From assembly GCA_030390025.1 (NCBI GenBank), contig CM059432.1, forward strand, positions 150,662,001 to 150,726,000: a DNA stretch of 64,000 nt, read 5' to 3'. The stretch is from Squalus acanthias. Lineage: Eukaryota. The stretch's first letter is position 1. Every line of letters starts with the position of its first letter. The translations under genes were made by a program, and so were the position numbers. The notes beneath the pieces are model-generated. The model was not told the origin of the DNA. It worked only from the letters and a program-made list of their open reading frames with translations, and made no database searches. Below are positions 44,981 through 58,923 of the stretch, piece after piece.

Positions 44981-47784
44981 ACACTGATAGTAGGTAACTA
45001 TTAAGTTACCAGATTACCAAATCGATGAAAGGGAGAAATTAGCTACTGTGATCACTAGTTCACTGAATCAAATAAGAATTTGTGATCTAAACAATTGTAC
45101 TACAGTGATTGCATTAAGCAGTTGCCACTGTAAATATGCATTTCCTAAACGGCCGGCCCTTTAAAAGACTGACCAAGTTTTAATGCAACAGAATGCAATT
45201 TCAGCACATCGTCTCCCAAAATTCCTCCTTGTTGGTGGAAACTCTGTACAGTGACTGGAGCTGATCAACAGAGATACCAGAAACCGTCATAACCTACCCC
45301 CCTCCCCCAAAGATGTAAAGTAAGATTTTGTTCTGTAAAATCCTAAATCCAAGGGAAACTATTGACCTTTTACAGAAAACAATAAAATGAAGAAAGAATC
45401 TGGATGAATTAAAATTCTGGTAAGGTAATAGGAAGAGAGTAGCCAAGGCAGAGATTTAAATGAGTGCATTTACACTACAAGTTTAACATCGGTGCAGTGC
45501 AAAGTGATTTTCACTTCAAACCGGCACTAAATTTGCATTATGTAAATAGAGTTAAGGCCCAGCCTGGCTCCAGAGAGAGTCCCCCATTGCTCCAGAATCA
45601 GATTGGACCCCGAGTCTAGATTCAGGCTGCATTTGCAGAATTACTGTAGCATAGGTATGAAACAAATTTGCATCAATGATTGTAAATGTACACTCTATAA
45701 ACTCGTCCTTCTCAGGGACTAGTCACACCTCAGATTTTCAAAACAAAATAAAAACTTAAATAGTGAATGGATACAAATGATAGGAGCACTTTCTAAAAGC
45801 CATTGTATGGAGGATAAGTTCCCAGTCATCTTAACACATGGGAGAAATTATTGGGGAAAACATTTTAAAATGTGGAAAGACAAACAAAAAGGTGTAAACT
45901 GACATGATTGTGTAAATCAAAAAACAGAATGACATGAGAACTACATACAGTACATCCATGCAAGGGATGCTGGAAAGTAAAAGGAAGCAGTTTTCATAAG
46001 TGTAGCACTATTTTTGCAACGCAAAATAGCTTTGTTCTGCTTTGCACAATCAGAAAATTGTCAAACAGTAACAGAAATATTTATTTGATCAACTTGAAAT
46101 GCACAACATTTTTGAGGGGGATTTCGGTTAATTTTAAAATCCAAAGAGCTATTTCAAAATTACGGAAGAAGTGACAAGCTATGACCCACAGGTAGGCAGC
46201 AATTTTACTTATCTGTGCTGATAGCCTTTCCCTATTTAGATCAAAACAACTGGAGAAGAAGTATGAAGGAGAATAGACCTTGTAGGATTGTCCTAATTCT
46301 TTAAATGAAACATCCTTCACAAACAACAGTAGTCTAAATTACTGTTCGATGCCCTCTTACAGCAAGATTTGGCCCAATATGGTAATACTTACCTGGTTAT
46401 TTATCTGCTAAAAAGATTTTGTCCAGTTGAGACACATTCAGAGGGATTTTCAGAGATGGGCGCAGATTATACCCAAATAGTTAGAAATGAATTTTCCACC
46501 ACATATGTACAGTATTAAATTACCCCCAGTTTTCCAAAGTTAGCTCATTATCATAATTCAGGAAAGCTCTACATGCAGGGAGGACAATAGTGGCAGGAGC
46601 AAAATATTATGAATCAGTCAAATATAAGGGAATGGGAACAATGAAGTGCCACATTTGCAGACAAGAATTCTGAAAGCTCCTGGAAAATCTCAAAAGGCAC
46701 CTGAACCTACTTACAGCCTTTGCCAATGCTGACGGAAGAGGATCTAAGAAGTGGTAGACAAAAATGAAGGGAAGGGAAATCCATGGTGCAGATACAAATC
46801 TGCAGGCAAGTATCAGAGCAGCCTGGCTCCTGTTGGTGGCTGCTGAAGTTACTGCGCTGCTGCATGAGGTGGTTGCAAGGAGGATTGCCCTTTTTACCAC
46901 TCCATGGCTTCACCACCCCCCCCCCCCCCCCCCCCCGACCAATTGGTCAGCACTGCAGCATGCCTGCAAAGAGGTGGAGCCATGTTTCAAGCCACACTGA
47001 CTGTTGCATTGACCATCATTGGTTGTGTCCGCTCTATACTGCATGGTAACTGCAGGTGTCCTTGCTGCAGATGACAAAGCTTCGCATCTAGTTCTCTGAT
47101 GACAGACACTGAAGACAGATAGATTTGCCAGGGTCTGCAGATATAATTGGTGACATCTTGATAGTTGCAGCCAATTAGGACACACTGGCTTTTGATCATC
47201 CTGGCATGCCATTCTTCATACAGTGCCAGTGAAAGCATGATATACTGTGATTGTGGGGCTTGTGAGGAGGCATCCAATATTACAGTTGTTAGGGCATTCA
47301 TATATCTTCATGGTACCATTGGTTCTGTCCCAGCCTCTTTTGGGAATAAGAACTTCAACATGTATCAATCCTGTTAATCTTGAATCTCCTCCCAGTTTCT
47401 CAATCAGCATTGTCCAATTTGCGCATACAAAATCACGCAATCCCAATCGGAAAAATCCCTGCTATTTTATGCAAGAATCTGCTCGTTTTCATTGCTCAAT
47501 AGCATTTCATATTACAAAGACCATTGCAATTGAAAATGAGATACATACTATGAACTGAATAGCAAGATAAGAATTTCAGAACAATGCATTAATTGAATGT
47601 AATAGCTATCGTACAACTTTTCAATCAGCAAATTCAAGCTGATTTTAATCACCGTAAATGCTATGAAATACAGCAACTATCTACATGAGCAAAATTCAGA
47701 AACATTTAATATCAGCATGCAGAACACACATACACACTTAATCTTTACAAATTAAATCACATATACACATAACAGTACACTTAC

Positions 47785-47832
47785 CTGGAATTATTTTGTT
47801 CAGTTTACAAAACTGATGGTTTTGGAAGCCTC
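47785..47832 (-). other. Candidate 48-nt internal exon of an unidentified host gene
   Basis: ttgtcttgtgttacAG|...CAG|GTAAGT. One open frame (GFQNHQFCKLNKIIP); length is a multiple of 3. Confidence 0.35.
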
Positions 47833-48409
47833 CTGTAACACAAGACAAATTTAAGTTTACAAGGCAGGAATTATACATGCAAAACTGATAAAGCACAGAT
47901 TATGTAGCTCACTTTACAGAAACATAACAGAACTCAAGAATTACTACAACTTATCTTATCACATTAAGACAGTTTACTGGACCTACAGATTAGAATACAT
48001 ACTGTGGTGTAATGTGTATACAGTACAATACTTGCAGATCTCAACTATTTGACTGTTCTGATAATCAAGGTGCAAGTCACTGGAAGTCCATAAGGACAAC
48101 ATTAACTAAAGACATCAAAATCAATTTGTATAATGCAGTCACAGATAACTGGAGGCTGAACAATTAGAAGTACTTTGTAATGGCATGTTGAGACAACCAT
48201 GCAAGGCACAAGCACTAGATGAAATCAAGTTAATAGCTTACACTTCAGATGGTAAGGTATGTAAAAAAAAGGATAAAACACTTGAGCCACTGAATATGGA
48301 AAACATTCAATGAGTGACCCACTTTGTGTTGAGTCATAAAATCAATGTTTTCTGCTTTCAATAGTTCATTGATTCATATTTTTATACCACAAAATAACCA
48401 ACACCAGTA

Positions 48410-48590
48410 AAACAGATTATCTGGTCATTCTCACATTGCTGTTTGTGGGACCTTGCTAGGCACAAAATGGCTGCCACGTTTCCTACATTACAACAGAGAC
48501 TACACTTCAAAAGTACTTCATTGGCTGGAACGTGCTGTGGACGTCCCGAGCTTGTGAAAGGCGCTATATGAATGCAGGTTCTTTCTTTCT
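48410..48590 (+). mobile_element. 3' part of a DeuSINE
   Basis: Matches 26510-26688. Confidence 0.8.
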
Positions 48591-50139
48591 AATGACTACT
48601 GACATTATAGATGACATCTTTGAGCAACTTTTTGTTCCACTAACTCTGGGCTAAAAATATATGGACGAAGGTAGAATGGCACCAAATAACTGGGAGGTTC
48701 TCCGGCAAACAAGGAAGAGCACGTTTCATAATTCAGAATCTCTCCCAAATCTCTTTATTCGTGCTCAGATCAAATTGCACTATCCATAGTCAGCCCAACA
48801 CCTCCTGTGATCTGAAACTTGCACCCTATGGATGCCATGAATAGCAGTGGAGTGCAAAAGATCAACAATTACCCGGTTACCAAGTTATCTCACACTGGAA
48901 GTTGCACAAGTTGTCCACCTGCAAAGGGAGAAAAAAAAAATCACACTACATAAAACGCTGCCTAAGTTACATGATTTTAATTACACAGAAGCAAAAGGAA
49001 TATAGCAGAATAATTAGTGCCCGAAATCTTTTTCAGAAGTTTTTAAAGAGAGTCTTTGAGAACACGTGTGCTTTTGCCCAGAGTCCAGTCTCACTACCAC
49101 AACTTTGACACAAATGGTTGAAACAAGAGACCTCCCAAATAGATAAAACCAATTATTCTTATATTTCTCCACATAGGCTTTTGCCAACGGAGATCAAAGC
49201 AGTCCTTTCATAATAGGCATAGAACCATCTTTCTGATCAATTTTACCTTTCATCAGACACAGCAGAAACGGCTGGCTTCTGGAATTTGGATGGGTTTTGT
49301 TGTCCTCCAACACTTAACTTGTGTATCAAATAGCCTGGTCTCAAGAACAATCCTTGATGACCATTATGGATCCAAAGGCTTTCTGTGAATCCAATGTTTC
49401 AAACATAAGAGGATGTCCATGCAATTAACACGTGATGAAATCTCTCCAGTATACTAATAGCTGGCTCCATTGTTCTACTCTATCCCCCTCGCACATACAC
49501 ACCAATTGCGTTATCTTCCGAAAGCAGCAGAGTTTAATTCTAAATACACAATATATCTAAAATCTCATCTGAAACATATATAATAGCAATGTTATGGATT
49601 GAAGCACGATGTGCCCTGCTTCCATCACACAGGAAGTAGATGAGTGATACTTTGAACAAGTGACAAAGGAGAAGAGAGAGCAGAGTTCAAGCTACGTCAA
49701 AAATACCTTTTTTTAAATAGTTATGTTATGTAGGGGGCGGAATGGGAAGAAAGAATTTTGTGCATGCCCATAAATAAAATTTATCATAGAATTCTCCAGG
49801 GAAAAGGAACATAGATAAGTGAATTAGGAAAATGGAAGTACTGAGGACAATAACAATTACCATTTGTCACTCCATAGAAATGGTATCTACGTTCATTTAT
49901 TTTGAAGATGTAGTCTAATGCAACAGATTACACTATATTATACTATACATAATTCAAGGAGTTTTGTTTTACCATTGTTTAATACTTCTAGTTAAGTTAA
50001 GCGCCTTTGATTTTACTTATCTACCAATGGAGTCTTCCATTGTCTGCCCACCGATTTAAAAATCAACTTTAAAATCCTCATCTTCGTTTTCAGATCCTCC
50101 ACGGCATGTTCCATTATCTAATAGGAGCAGAAATTTCCT

Positions 50140-50800
50140 CCAATTAAATATTGGGAAGACCCAAGCCATTGCCTTCGGTCCCCACCACCTAACCACCGAT
50201 TGCACCCCCTCTCTGAGGCTGAGCCAGACTGTTCACAACCTCACCGCCTGAGCTGAGCTTCTGACCCTGTATCCACTCCATCACCAAGGTCACCTACTTC
50301 CACCTCCATAAAGTTACTCGTCTCCACCCCGCCTCAGCCCATCTTTTTTTTTTATCTCCAGACTCGACTATTCAAATGTTCTCCTGACCAGCCTCCGTAC
50401 ACTTCAGTTCATCCAAGCTCTGCTGCCCATATCCTGACTCGCACCAAGACCCGTTCACCCATCGCCCCCTGTGCTTGCTGACCTACATTGGCTCCCTGTC
50501 CAGCAATGCTTCAAATTTAAAATTCTCATCCTTGGGTTCAAATCCCTCCATAGCCTCGTCCATCACTATCTCTGTAACCTCATCCAGCCCTACAATGCTC
50601 AGAGATCTCTGCGTTCCTCCAATTCTGGCCTCCTGTGCATCCCCGATTTCCTTCACCCCTGCATTGGCGGCCGTACCTTCTGCTAGCTAGCCCCTAAGTC
50701 TGCAATTCCCTCCCTAAATTTATCCGTCGCGCTACCTCTCTGTCCCCCTTTAAGACGCTCCTTAAAACCTACCTCTTTGACCAAGCTTTCGGTCACCTGA
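50140..50800 (+). mobile_element. L2-clade LINE 3' fragment
   Basis: SRLDYSN...LADLHWLPV...FKILIL...SLRSSN motifs typical of the L2 ORF2 C-terminus. Confidence 0.8.
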
Positions 50801-52176
50801 TATGGCAAGGATTAATCCAAGGAAGGGACAACACAAAAGACTATTTACAAACAATGCGGCAACATAACATCTGTGGTTAAGAAACAGAGTTAAAGATGAT
50901 AAAAACTACATTCTACAAAAGCAACTATCAGTTGAAAAATATTTTATGGCAACACTTACACTGTCAAAACAAATTGGAGTGGCGTCACCAATTTAGTTAC
51001 ACATTTATTCCTGGCAAATGGTACAAGACCACCTCAGAGAAATAAGTGGTGCAAGGTCTTTCTGGTAAGCAGAATTATGCTTTGAGTAAACATGAACGCA
51101 GAGCTTGGCTTTTCCCAAGTAGAACAGCAGACTTGCACTGCTCTAAAGTAGGTGCCACGGTCAAATCAAATGTGCATTTATCAACCCTGTTTTCTTTCTT
51201 CTTTCTAATCTCAGAGCTCATTGAACAAACATCTAAAAGCTGGCTAGTATTTTAAGTAAAATGTGCCAGCTTCAGTGTTTGATCACCAGCCCAATGAGAC
51301 TTTGGTGACAAGTAGCTGCAGGAATTGACTTGATTAAACGTTGATTAACCTAAGTTGTCTCCTCCAATAGTCAGCTACCATTTGAGCCACTGTTTTCTTC
51401 CTCTTGTAGCTTTGCAAATCACTGACTGGCCATAAACAGTGGCAAAGCAGGTGGCAGCATGATTGGCCAACACCTCAGCATGTCTTCGATTTAGTCAGCA
51501 GACTCTGGGAAGTACTCCCATAACCTAGTCAGATTTGAACATTCACTTTCATTTGACAGAAAAATCACAAACTCTTCCAATGTCTCAAAGGAGCACATAA
51601 ATCCTTTTCCCTATTCATGAGGAACAAGGCAAGCTTGCAAACAAATTTCTCAATCTGGTCTTTTACATTGAAAACTCCAGCAACACATCCTTGAATTAAC
51701 ATGTAGCGTGAATTCAGATATTCAAATATCCCATCCAAATACGTTATTACAGCAATCCAGTGATAGTTTTCAAAAATTGAACAAGAGGACTGTTGCTGTG
51801 TATGAGAAAGATGCAGACTTTGTCATGAAGCTCAGTGAGGAGTCAGAATCCTACCCCCCACACCGACCATATCAGGCAGATAGTAAGACAGACAAGCGAC
51901 CTTTGGATGAAATTGGTCCTGGGCGGTAGCGCAAAATAGGAGTTAGAAAATCGGCAGCCCGTTTACACCCCACCTGATCTTGTTTTCCATTGAAGTCAAA
52001 CTCTAACTGACATCTTCCAGGTGTGTAGAGTGCTTTAGAAATGAGAGTTACTGTCAATTCTGTACACATTTACTGGTACAGTTTTAATCCTGTGTCTCAG
52101 CATTGACCATATAGCCACATTAGGATCAGAACTGTCAAATTCTCAGGAGAGTCCTACATTATAAAAATGTTTTTTC

Positions 52177-52278
52177 CAGTTCTGACGAAGGGTCATCGAC
52201 CTGAAATGTTGAATCTGTTTCTCTCTCTACAGATGCTGCCTGACCTGCTGAGTGTTTCCAGCATTTTCTGTTTTTATT
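52177..52278 (+). ncRNA. Penelope-type terminal repeat remnant with a decayed minimal hammerhead ribozyme
   Basis: CTGACGA-A-GGGTC-ATC-GACCT-GAAA core at 52182-52206, followed by the PLE tail. Confidence 0.6.
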
Positions 52279-52761
52279 ATAAAATGGGATTGGACTTGCT
52301 GAGTCACCATAAATCAGTAGCCCCCGAGGGATTTTGTTGAAACGGGAAGTGTTACAAGGATCCTATAACTGGAAGCATAAAAAAAGACAGCTGTGCTAGG
52401 TTTTTACAAAACAAAGAATAAATCACAATGTGATGACAATAAATAGGTCATCATATTTTGGTGCCAGTTATCTGGAACACGTGGGGAAATATCCGGAGAT
52501 AGAAATGTGTCTAAATTAACCTAAAACCAAGCCAGCCAAACTTTGCACAGACTGGAACATCCAAATATATTCCTGGACTCTTCATAATTGACATTCTTTT
52601 AGTTGATTTACAAATTCAAATAGTAAAAGGTTACTAGGACAACATTTACCCAGGTCACAATTGACGAGCATAAAGCGACCAAATTCAACAAATTTTAAAT
52701 GTATTTCAAGAGTTCAATTTTATGAAATTAACTCATAAAATAAATTGTACTTTAAACATAC

Positions 52762-53470
52762 AGGGGCAACATTTGCGATCGAAGGCTTCCCGCGGGTGGA
52801 CGCCGCCGACCTGCAAAATATCTACGAAAGTACCTGGTGGCCCGGGGGGTATGGAGGCTCACGATCCTGGGCCTCTCCGGGTCCACGCGGGCAGAGCCCC
52901 ACTGATCCCAGGGGCGCAAGCGGTTCGTAGGCGCTCCTGGAATCATGTGGGCTGGCCCAACCAATAAAAGAAGGGAATCCCCATTCATACTTTTGACAGT
53001 TCTGTAGGTACGGAATTGTCATAAGTATGAATGGGGATCACTTAAAAAATACACCACCACATGAAATAAACTTTAAAAAAACATATTTAAAATGCCATTT
53101 AATTAAATATTTTAAACAAAAATTAAATTTTTCTGAATTAAATGTTTTTATGGGGCTAAAAATGAACTTACCTTTTTGAACAGCATTTTTAATTTAAAAA
53201 TGAGTGATAACATTTTATTTTTCTATTTTTTAAAACTCTTATGCTGGTAAAAGCCTGCTTTACCAGGCGTAAGAATTTGACAGACATTCAGCGGGCGGAA
53301 GTTGTGCAAATAGCGCAACTCCACCCGCAGAGGCCCATCGCCTGGGGATGCGGAGGATCTGTTGAGAATTTCAGCGCTTGCGTTTCGCATGCCTATACCC
53401 GGAACTTGCGCGGCCCCTACAGGCGCGTGCGCAACTTGTACGCACCCGTGGGGGTCACAAAATACGGCCC
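52762..53470. mobile_element. Non-autonomous DNA transposon/MITE-like element
   Basis: GC-rich ends with imperfect TIRs (ggggcaacatttgcgatc / ggtcacaaaatacggccc), an AT-rich centre and an internal hairpin. Confidence 0.5.
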
Positions 53471-53621
53471 ATTAGGTTTTTAAAAATAGGCATGTCAGGC
53501 CTATGCAAATGCAAGAAAGTCAAAATTTACACTGCATATACAGATAGTAGAGTTAATTCAGCAGAATTATCTATTGTTTGAGGACTCTCTTTTTCCTGAA
53601 TAAAAGGTTAATTCTGCCAAG

Positions 53622-53879
53622 GTGTCAGCCTTGGCTCAGTGGTAGCACGCTCGCCTATGAGTCAGAAGGTCATAGATTCAAGTCCCACTCCAGAGACATG
53701 AGCACATAATCTAGGCCGACACTCCAGTGCAGTACTGAAGCAATGCTAAACTGTCAGAGGTTCCTGTTTTTCAAATGAGATGCTAAATCGAGGCCCCCTC
53801 TGCCCGATCAGGTGAACGTAAGCAATCCAATGGCACTATTTCGAAGAGCAGGAAGGTTCTCCCAGTGTCCTCAACCAAC
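53622..53879 (+). mobile_element. DeuSINE 5' part
   Basis: tRNA-like head tggctcagtggtagc...ttcaagtccc and Deu core. Confidence 0.85.
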
Positions 53880-54230
53880 AGGTGATCTGATTGCTGACCA
53901 TTAGGAGGTGTACAAGAAATTCCACAACTTATAAAGAGCACAAGGCAAGACAAAAAAAATTAACTCTATCTTAGTATGAAATTAAATATATGGGCATTAA
54001 ATAACATATGGGCATTTTTAAAAATCTGACTTGTTAAAAGTAGCAGTGAAATTAAGGAAATAATCATATAGTCAACTTAATGCATTTAATGGCAGATGGC
54101 ACATGAACTTCACTTATTAATTCACACTGCTTTCGTTTTTAAAGCCCAAGGGAGCACTGAACAAACAACACAGTAAGGAGGGACACAAATGGGGGCCTGT
54201 CCCGTGAAAAGCCTTTGTCAGCACAAGTAG

Positions 54231-54388
54231 ACACTCCTTGAAACCTACCTCTTTGACCAAGCTTTTGGTCACCTGTCCTAATATCGCCTTACATGGCTTG
54301 GTGTCAAATATGGTTTGATAACACTCGTGAAGCGCCTCGGGACGCTTGATTAGGTTAAAAAGCGCATTATATATGCAATGTTGTTGTA
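54231..54388 (+). mobile_element. L2 LINE 3' UTR fragment
   Basis: Its first part matches 50757-50799, followed by an L2-type tail. Confidence 0.7.
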
Positions 54389-54755
54389 GCAAATAACAAT
54401 AATAAGGAAATTAGGTCCTCGGGAGGTTGGTCTCATTGTTGCTAAGGATACTTTGGGGTCCAAGATTCAAGAAGTAGTCAAGCCTCCTTCACTTACAGAC
54501 CACCTGGTAGAACCATATCAATCACATATATTTGATCAGTAGCCCAGATCCAGACATTTACATGCCATTATTTACTAATATGGAGGATGCACAAGTTACT
54601 GATGATAATGCTTTTGCAGAGGAGGTGGCTGCTGAGGGGTCAGCAGATTTACAGCACAGATTCAGAATGCGTCATTCCAGGCCTCCAACATGCACCTGCC
54701 AGATACCCGCTCAGACCTCTGGGTCAGTTTTCAAACAGGGGATGTTAGAACATAT

Positions 54756-57700
54756 GGGCCATGAAATTTGGCATCTTAGCGCCAGCTGATAAGGCTGGTT
54801 TCAGAGAAAATATGTCAGCCGCCTCGCTTCCGTTCACTTGTGGCAGCCGCCATTTTGGGCAGGTTGGCAGCACGGCTGTTGCCTGCACTTACTAGAGAAA
54901 TGGTAACGAGGCAGATCGTGACGTCAATCAGTGTGCAATGCGGATTTGATGCACGACCTGCCAATTTCGACGTCGCCGCTCCATTCAACGCCCTCTCCAA
55001 ATCACAAATAGCTGACCATGCATTCAGCAACAGGAAGGATCTCCACCAGCGATATTTAAAAGGATCAGCAACAACTGGCAGCTGACTTGCTTTTTGATTT
55101 CTACTGGCTGTGTGTAAGTTTGGGCAAATGTTTGAAGTTTGAGAGTTATTTAAAGTTGGTGAGGGAGTAGTGCTGCAAGTGGAGAACGCCTTGCTTCTGA
55201 TTTCAAGGGTTCTGTTCAAACCACTTGCTCCCAGTCATGGGGACTCTACTTGTTGTCCCCCTCACACTTACGTATGACAGGGAGATGAAGCAGAAGCAGC
55301 GAAGAAGAGGTCAAGATGCTCGCAGAGGGAGGAGGAGGCGGGCTCTCAGCAGGACGCCTTACACACCTAGGGTCTGCCGAGAGCACTTCTCCTATCTGCA
55401 CTTAAGCCAGGAGCAGTGTATTAGGAGGCTCCGCTTCACCAAGGAGGTGGTGACAGACCTCTACAGCTCTTGGAACCAGACCTGCAGCCTCAGAGCACAG
55501 CGGCCACGGCGCTGCCAGTGGCCCTCAAGGTCATCGTGGCCCGCAATTTTTTCCACCACCGGCTCCTTCCAGGCTGGAGCAGGAGACATAGCTAAAATCT
55601 CCCAATTTGCCATCCGGGAGGTCACAGAGGCTCTCAAACACCAGGAGAAGGGACTTCATTGTCTTCTCTCCGAACAGCGAGAAGCAGGAGAGTGCGCAGG
55701 ATATGAGGCCTCCCCATCGTGCAGGACGCCATCGACTGCACACACGTGGCTTTCCGGGCACCGCATTTCAATCCCGAGATGTACCGCAACCACAAAGGCT
55801 ACCACTCACTTAACATGCAGTTGGTGAGCGACCACGTGCACATCATGATGGTTAAAGCCCAGTATCCTGGCAGCAGTCATGATGCTTCAACCTGCGCCAG
55901 TCTGGTGTGCCAGCAGTCCTCCAACCACCAAGTCAAACCCGAGGGTGGAAGCTCAGAGACAAGGGCTATCCGCTCTACACCTAGCTGATGACTCCCCTCC
56001 CCAACCCCACCATTCGTGGCAGGCACTCATATAAATGAGAGCCATGCTGTTACAAAGAACCTCAATGAGCAAGCCATCGGGCTTCTGAAGCAACGGTTCT
56101 GCTGCCTTGACCGCTCGGGAGGAGCCCTCCAGTACAGGTGTCCCATTTTGTGCTGGTCGGCTGCGTCCTCCACAACTTGGCCATCATGAGGCCACAGCCC
56201 TTGTCACCATGGGTTCCGCAACCAACTCAGGAGGAGGAAGGGGAGGAAGGCAGCAGATCCCCATTCCAGCCAGGCTGTCAGTGAGCGCCTCATCAGAATC
56301 CAGTTCCCCTGAATGAAACTCCAGATCGCTGTCGCTCAACACTTCCCCACCTTACCATCCCTGTGTCACGGAACATCACAGCGTCCTCTTGGACACAAAG
56401 CTGAAATGAAAGCCACCACAAAACAAACATTCCAAAAATAATAAATGCAAAACTACACAACATCAACTAATCACCCTTGTGCATTCCCTTAGTGGCTGTC
56501 TTTTGAGTTCCTCTGCCTACTCTAGTGCTGCTACGCAGTGCTATCCCAGTGGCTGCAGCATGGCTAGTGGAAGGCTGCTGACTTTCAGTGGGGGGGATAC
56601 TGCAGATGGCCTTGCAGGACGACCTCAAGCAGCTCTGGGCCTAGAAGGCCCGGCTGTAGACTGCACCATCTTGGCATGGGCGGCAGCAGTCTGGGCTGGC
56701 TGGTTGACAGGCAGCAGCTAAGGCAATGGCAGAGGTGGGAGGACGAATTCTGTCATCCTGCGAGAGGACAGCAGGTTTGTGCTCCACAGAACAACTGCTA
56801 CTCCCCTGGGGTGGCACCTCAGCATCCTAGCCATCCGTTGGAGGACAGATTGCTGGACTGCTGCGACACCCTGCAAGCCCCTTTCGACACTCATAAACCC
56901 AGCCACGAGAGCAGTCTGAGCTTCCATTGCAGCACTGAGACATTGGGTCGCTTCCGCTTGTGTGGCAATGGAAGCCGTGACAGCGCCCATCACACCCAGC
57001 ATCACTGTTGGGTCCACAAGTTCTCTAATGGAGCTGCTCATCATTTCCATCCTGGTTATCGTGGGCTCCAAGCTCCGCACAAAGCCCCATGCAACACTGA
57101 AGCCGGACTCTTCCATGCTCCTCGACAACGACAACAGGCTCTCTGGCAGGCTTGCCATTGCACTAGGCAGTTCCGTGTGCATGCCCATCACCCTTCTTCT
57201 GGAGGCCGCCCCACCGAAGTCATCATCCGAGTCCTGTGCAGCAGAATTCGTGCGCAAACTCACCCACTGGGGAGCTGGCACCCGAGCTACCCTTTCCCCC
57301 CTGCTCTAGCTACAGCCCAATCGTGCCCGGTGAGTCACATTTGCAGATCCTGCCTCTATACTACCCTCTAAAGTACGCTTGTGCTATTTTCTGAGCTGGT
57401 TCCTCGGAGTGTCAGCTCGAGTGATGGTGCCGCTTCTTCTCCTTCACTCTCCTCCTCCACAACATCAGCGACAGGCTGTGATGGAGGCAGTTCTTGGGTA
57501 TCTGAAAGGAGAAAGGCACGAGGGTCGGGTTGTGGTGAGGGGAGGGGGTATTAAGCAAGATGTGCATGCTTACACCATCAGCAGCTTGCAAGTGAGAAGA
57601 GATTGTGGGATGATAGGGAAGTGGGATGAGAGAAGGAGGATTAGGTATGAGCATACCATCATCAGCAATGCTTTCAACCTCGCCACTTGCCACAGCCTCA

Positions 57701-57829
57701 GAGACAGCCCCTCCAATGATCTGCGGGCAGGACGAATTTTGCATGCTGCCTACACCACTTTGAACGGCATGGACAGATCGCGCTTCACACTCCCGCGCCC
57801 GTTTTTGAGCTGTATCCAATTTCAACCCC
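54756..57829 (+). mobile_element. Decayed PIF/Harbinger transposon (nuclease pseudogene ~55225-56320; convergent second-gene remnant ~56700-57700)
   Basis: QCIRRLRFTKE, DAIDCTHV and NHKGYHSLNMQLV...YPGSSHDA motifs; TIR-like ends gggccatgaaatt / aatttcaacccc. Confidence 0.85.
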
Positions 57830-58479
57830 ATGAACTGTTGTGAGCGGGCACTTGAGACTATTCTTATCACAGGGCAAACGATGGCTCTCTGCAATGCAAT
57901 CTGCAAACAGCAACACAAGACAGCTCGTAATCACCACAGTAAGAACAACTCCCATGAACGGCCTCATTGTTGCTAATGGAGACCTTGGGGTCCAAGATCC
58001 AAGAAGCTACCTTCACTTACAGATAAACAACAGGAAAGGATTCAATAGCCTCAGAGGACCACTGTTGTCCACTTACACTTGTGAAGAGGCGGCTTTCAGC
58101 ACCAACAGTTGTGCAGACATACAGGAGCAATCAAATGATAGAAATTCTCAGTGGCAGTTCTGGGAGATCACACAGCTGCATTCATCATCTCAGAGACTAT
58201 GGAACAGGAGAACTACTGCCCATACACCAAAGTTAGTCGCTGATGCAGGTAGTTGGCATTCTTAATCAAAATCTCATCAATCTATCACCACTGTTCCTCC
58301 CTCAGCTAATGAAGTAGAGCACATGAAGATGCAATAATCACACAAATCACTTAGATTCATTTAAAAGAGAGTTAGAAATATCATCGTATTCACTGAAACA
58401 TCACATACACTCAGTCACTAAATAAAATTATGTCACTTTTAATGTATCTTGCAGTCTGTCACTATTTAGTTATGTAGAA

Positions 58480-58923
58480 AGCTGCGAGATCGGGGAGGGA
58501 TGGGGATTCCCTCACTGCACATGATCGGGGAGGCCCACATGGACTCCATGAGGGGCTTGGGGGAGCACTCTCGCTCCTCCTAGCCCACAAGGAGTTCAAA
58601 GAAGGGCCAGAAGAGTCCAAGGTCAGTCGCCTCCTCCCGCCATTGTTCTACTGCTGGGCAGCATACCATGCGGGACTCCCTCTGGCTTGTCGTTAATATT
58701 ACGTCGCGGCGCAGATGACATCATCAGACTACGTTTTTGCATCTTAAATATGCTCCTGGTTGCCTTTAGCGAGACCCTCATAAATGGCCTGAATCGCCAC
58801 CGTTAATATTACTGCGGCCGGGAAGGCGGTGCGTTGGAGACAGGATCGCGATTTTCAAGATTATAACCCATCGCCCGACCCTTTCCTGCCCATTGGGAGG
58901 GGGGAGGGTTAAAATCGAGGCCC
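58480..58923. mobile_element. DNA transposon/MITE fragment
   Basis: GC-rich block ending ttaaaatcgaggccc, similar to the Harbinger-type ends at 18056 and 11757. Confidence 0.4.

Noticed and set aside
46393..46480. Minus-strand exon ending at a CAG|GTAAG donor (46392)
   Set aside because: No convincing acceptor and open frame combination
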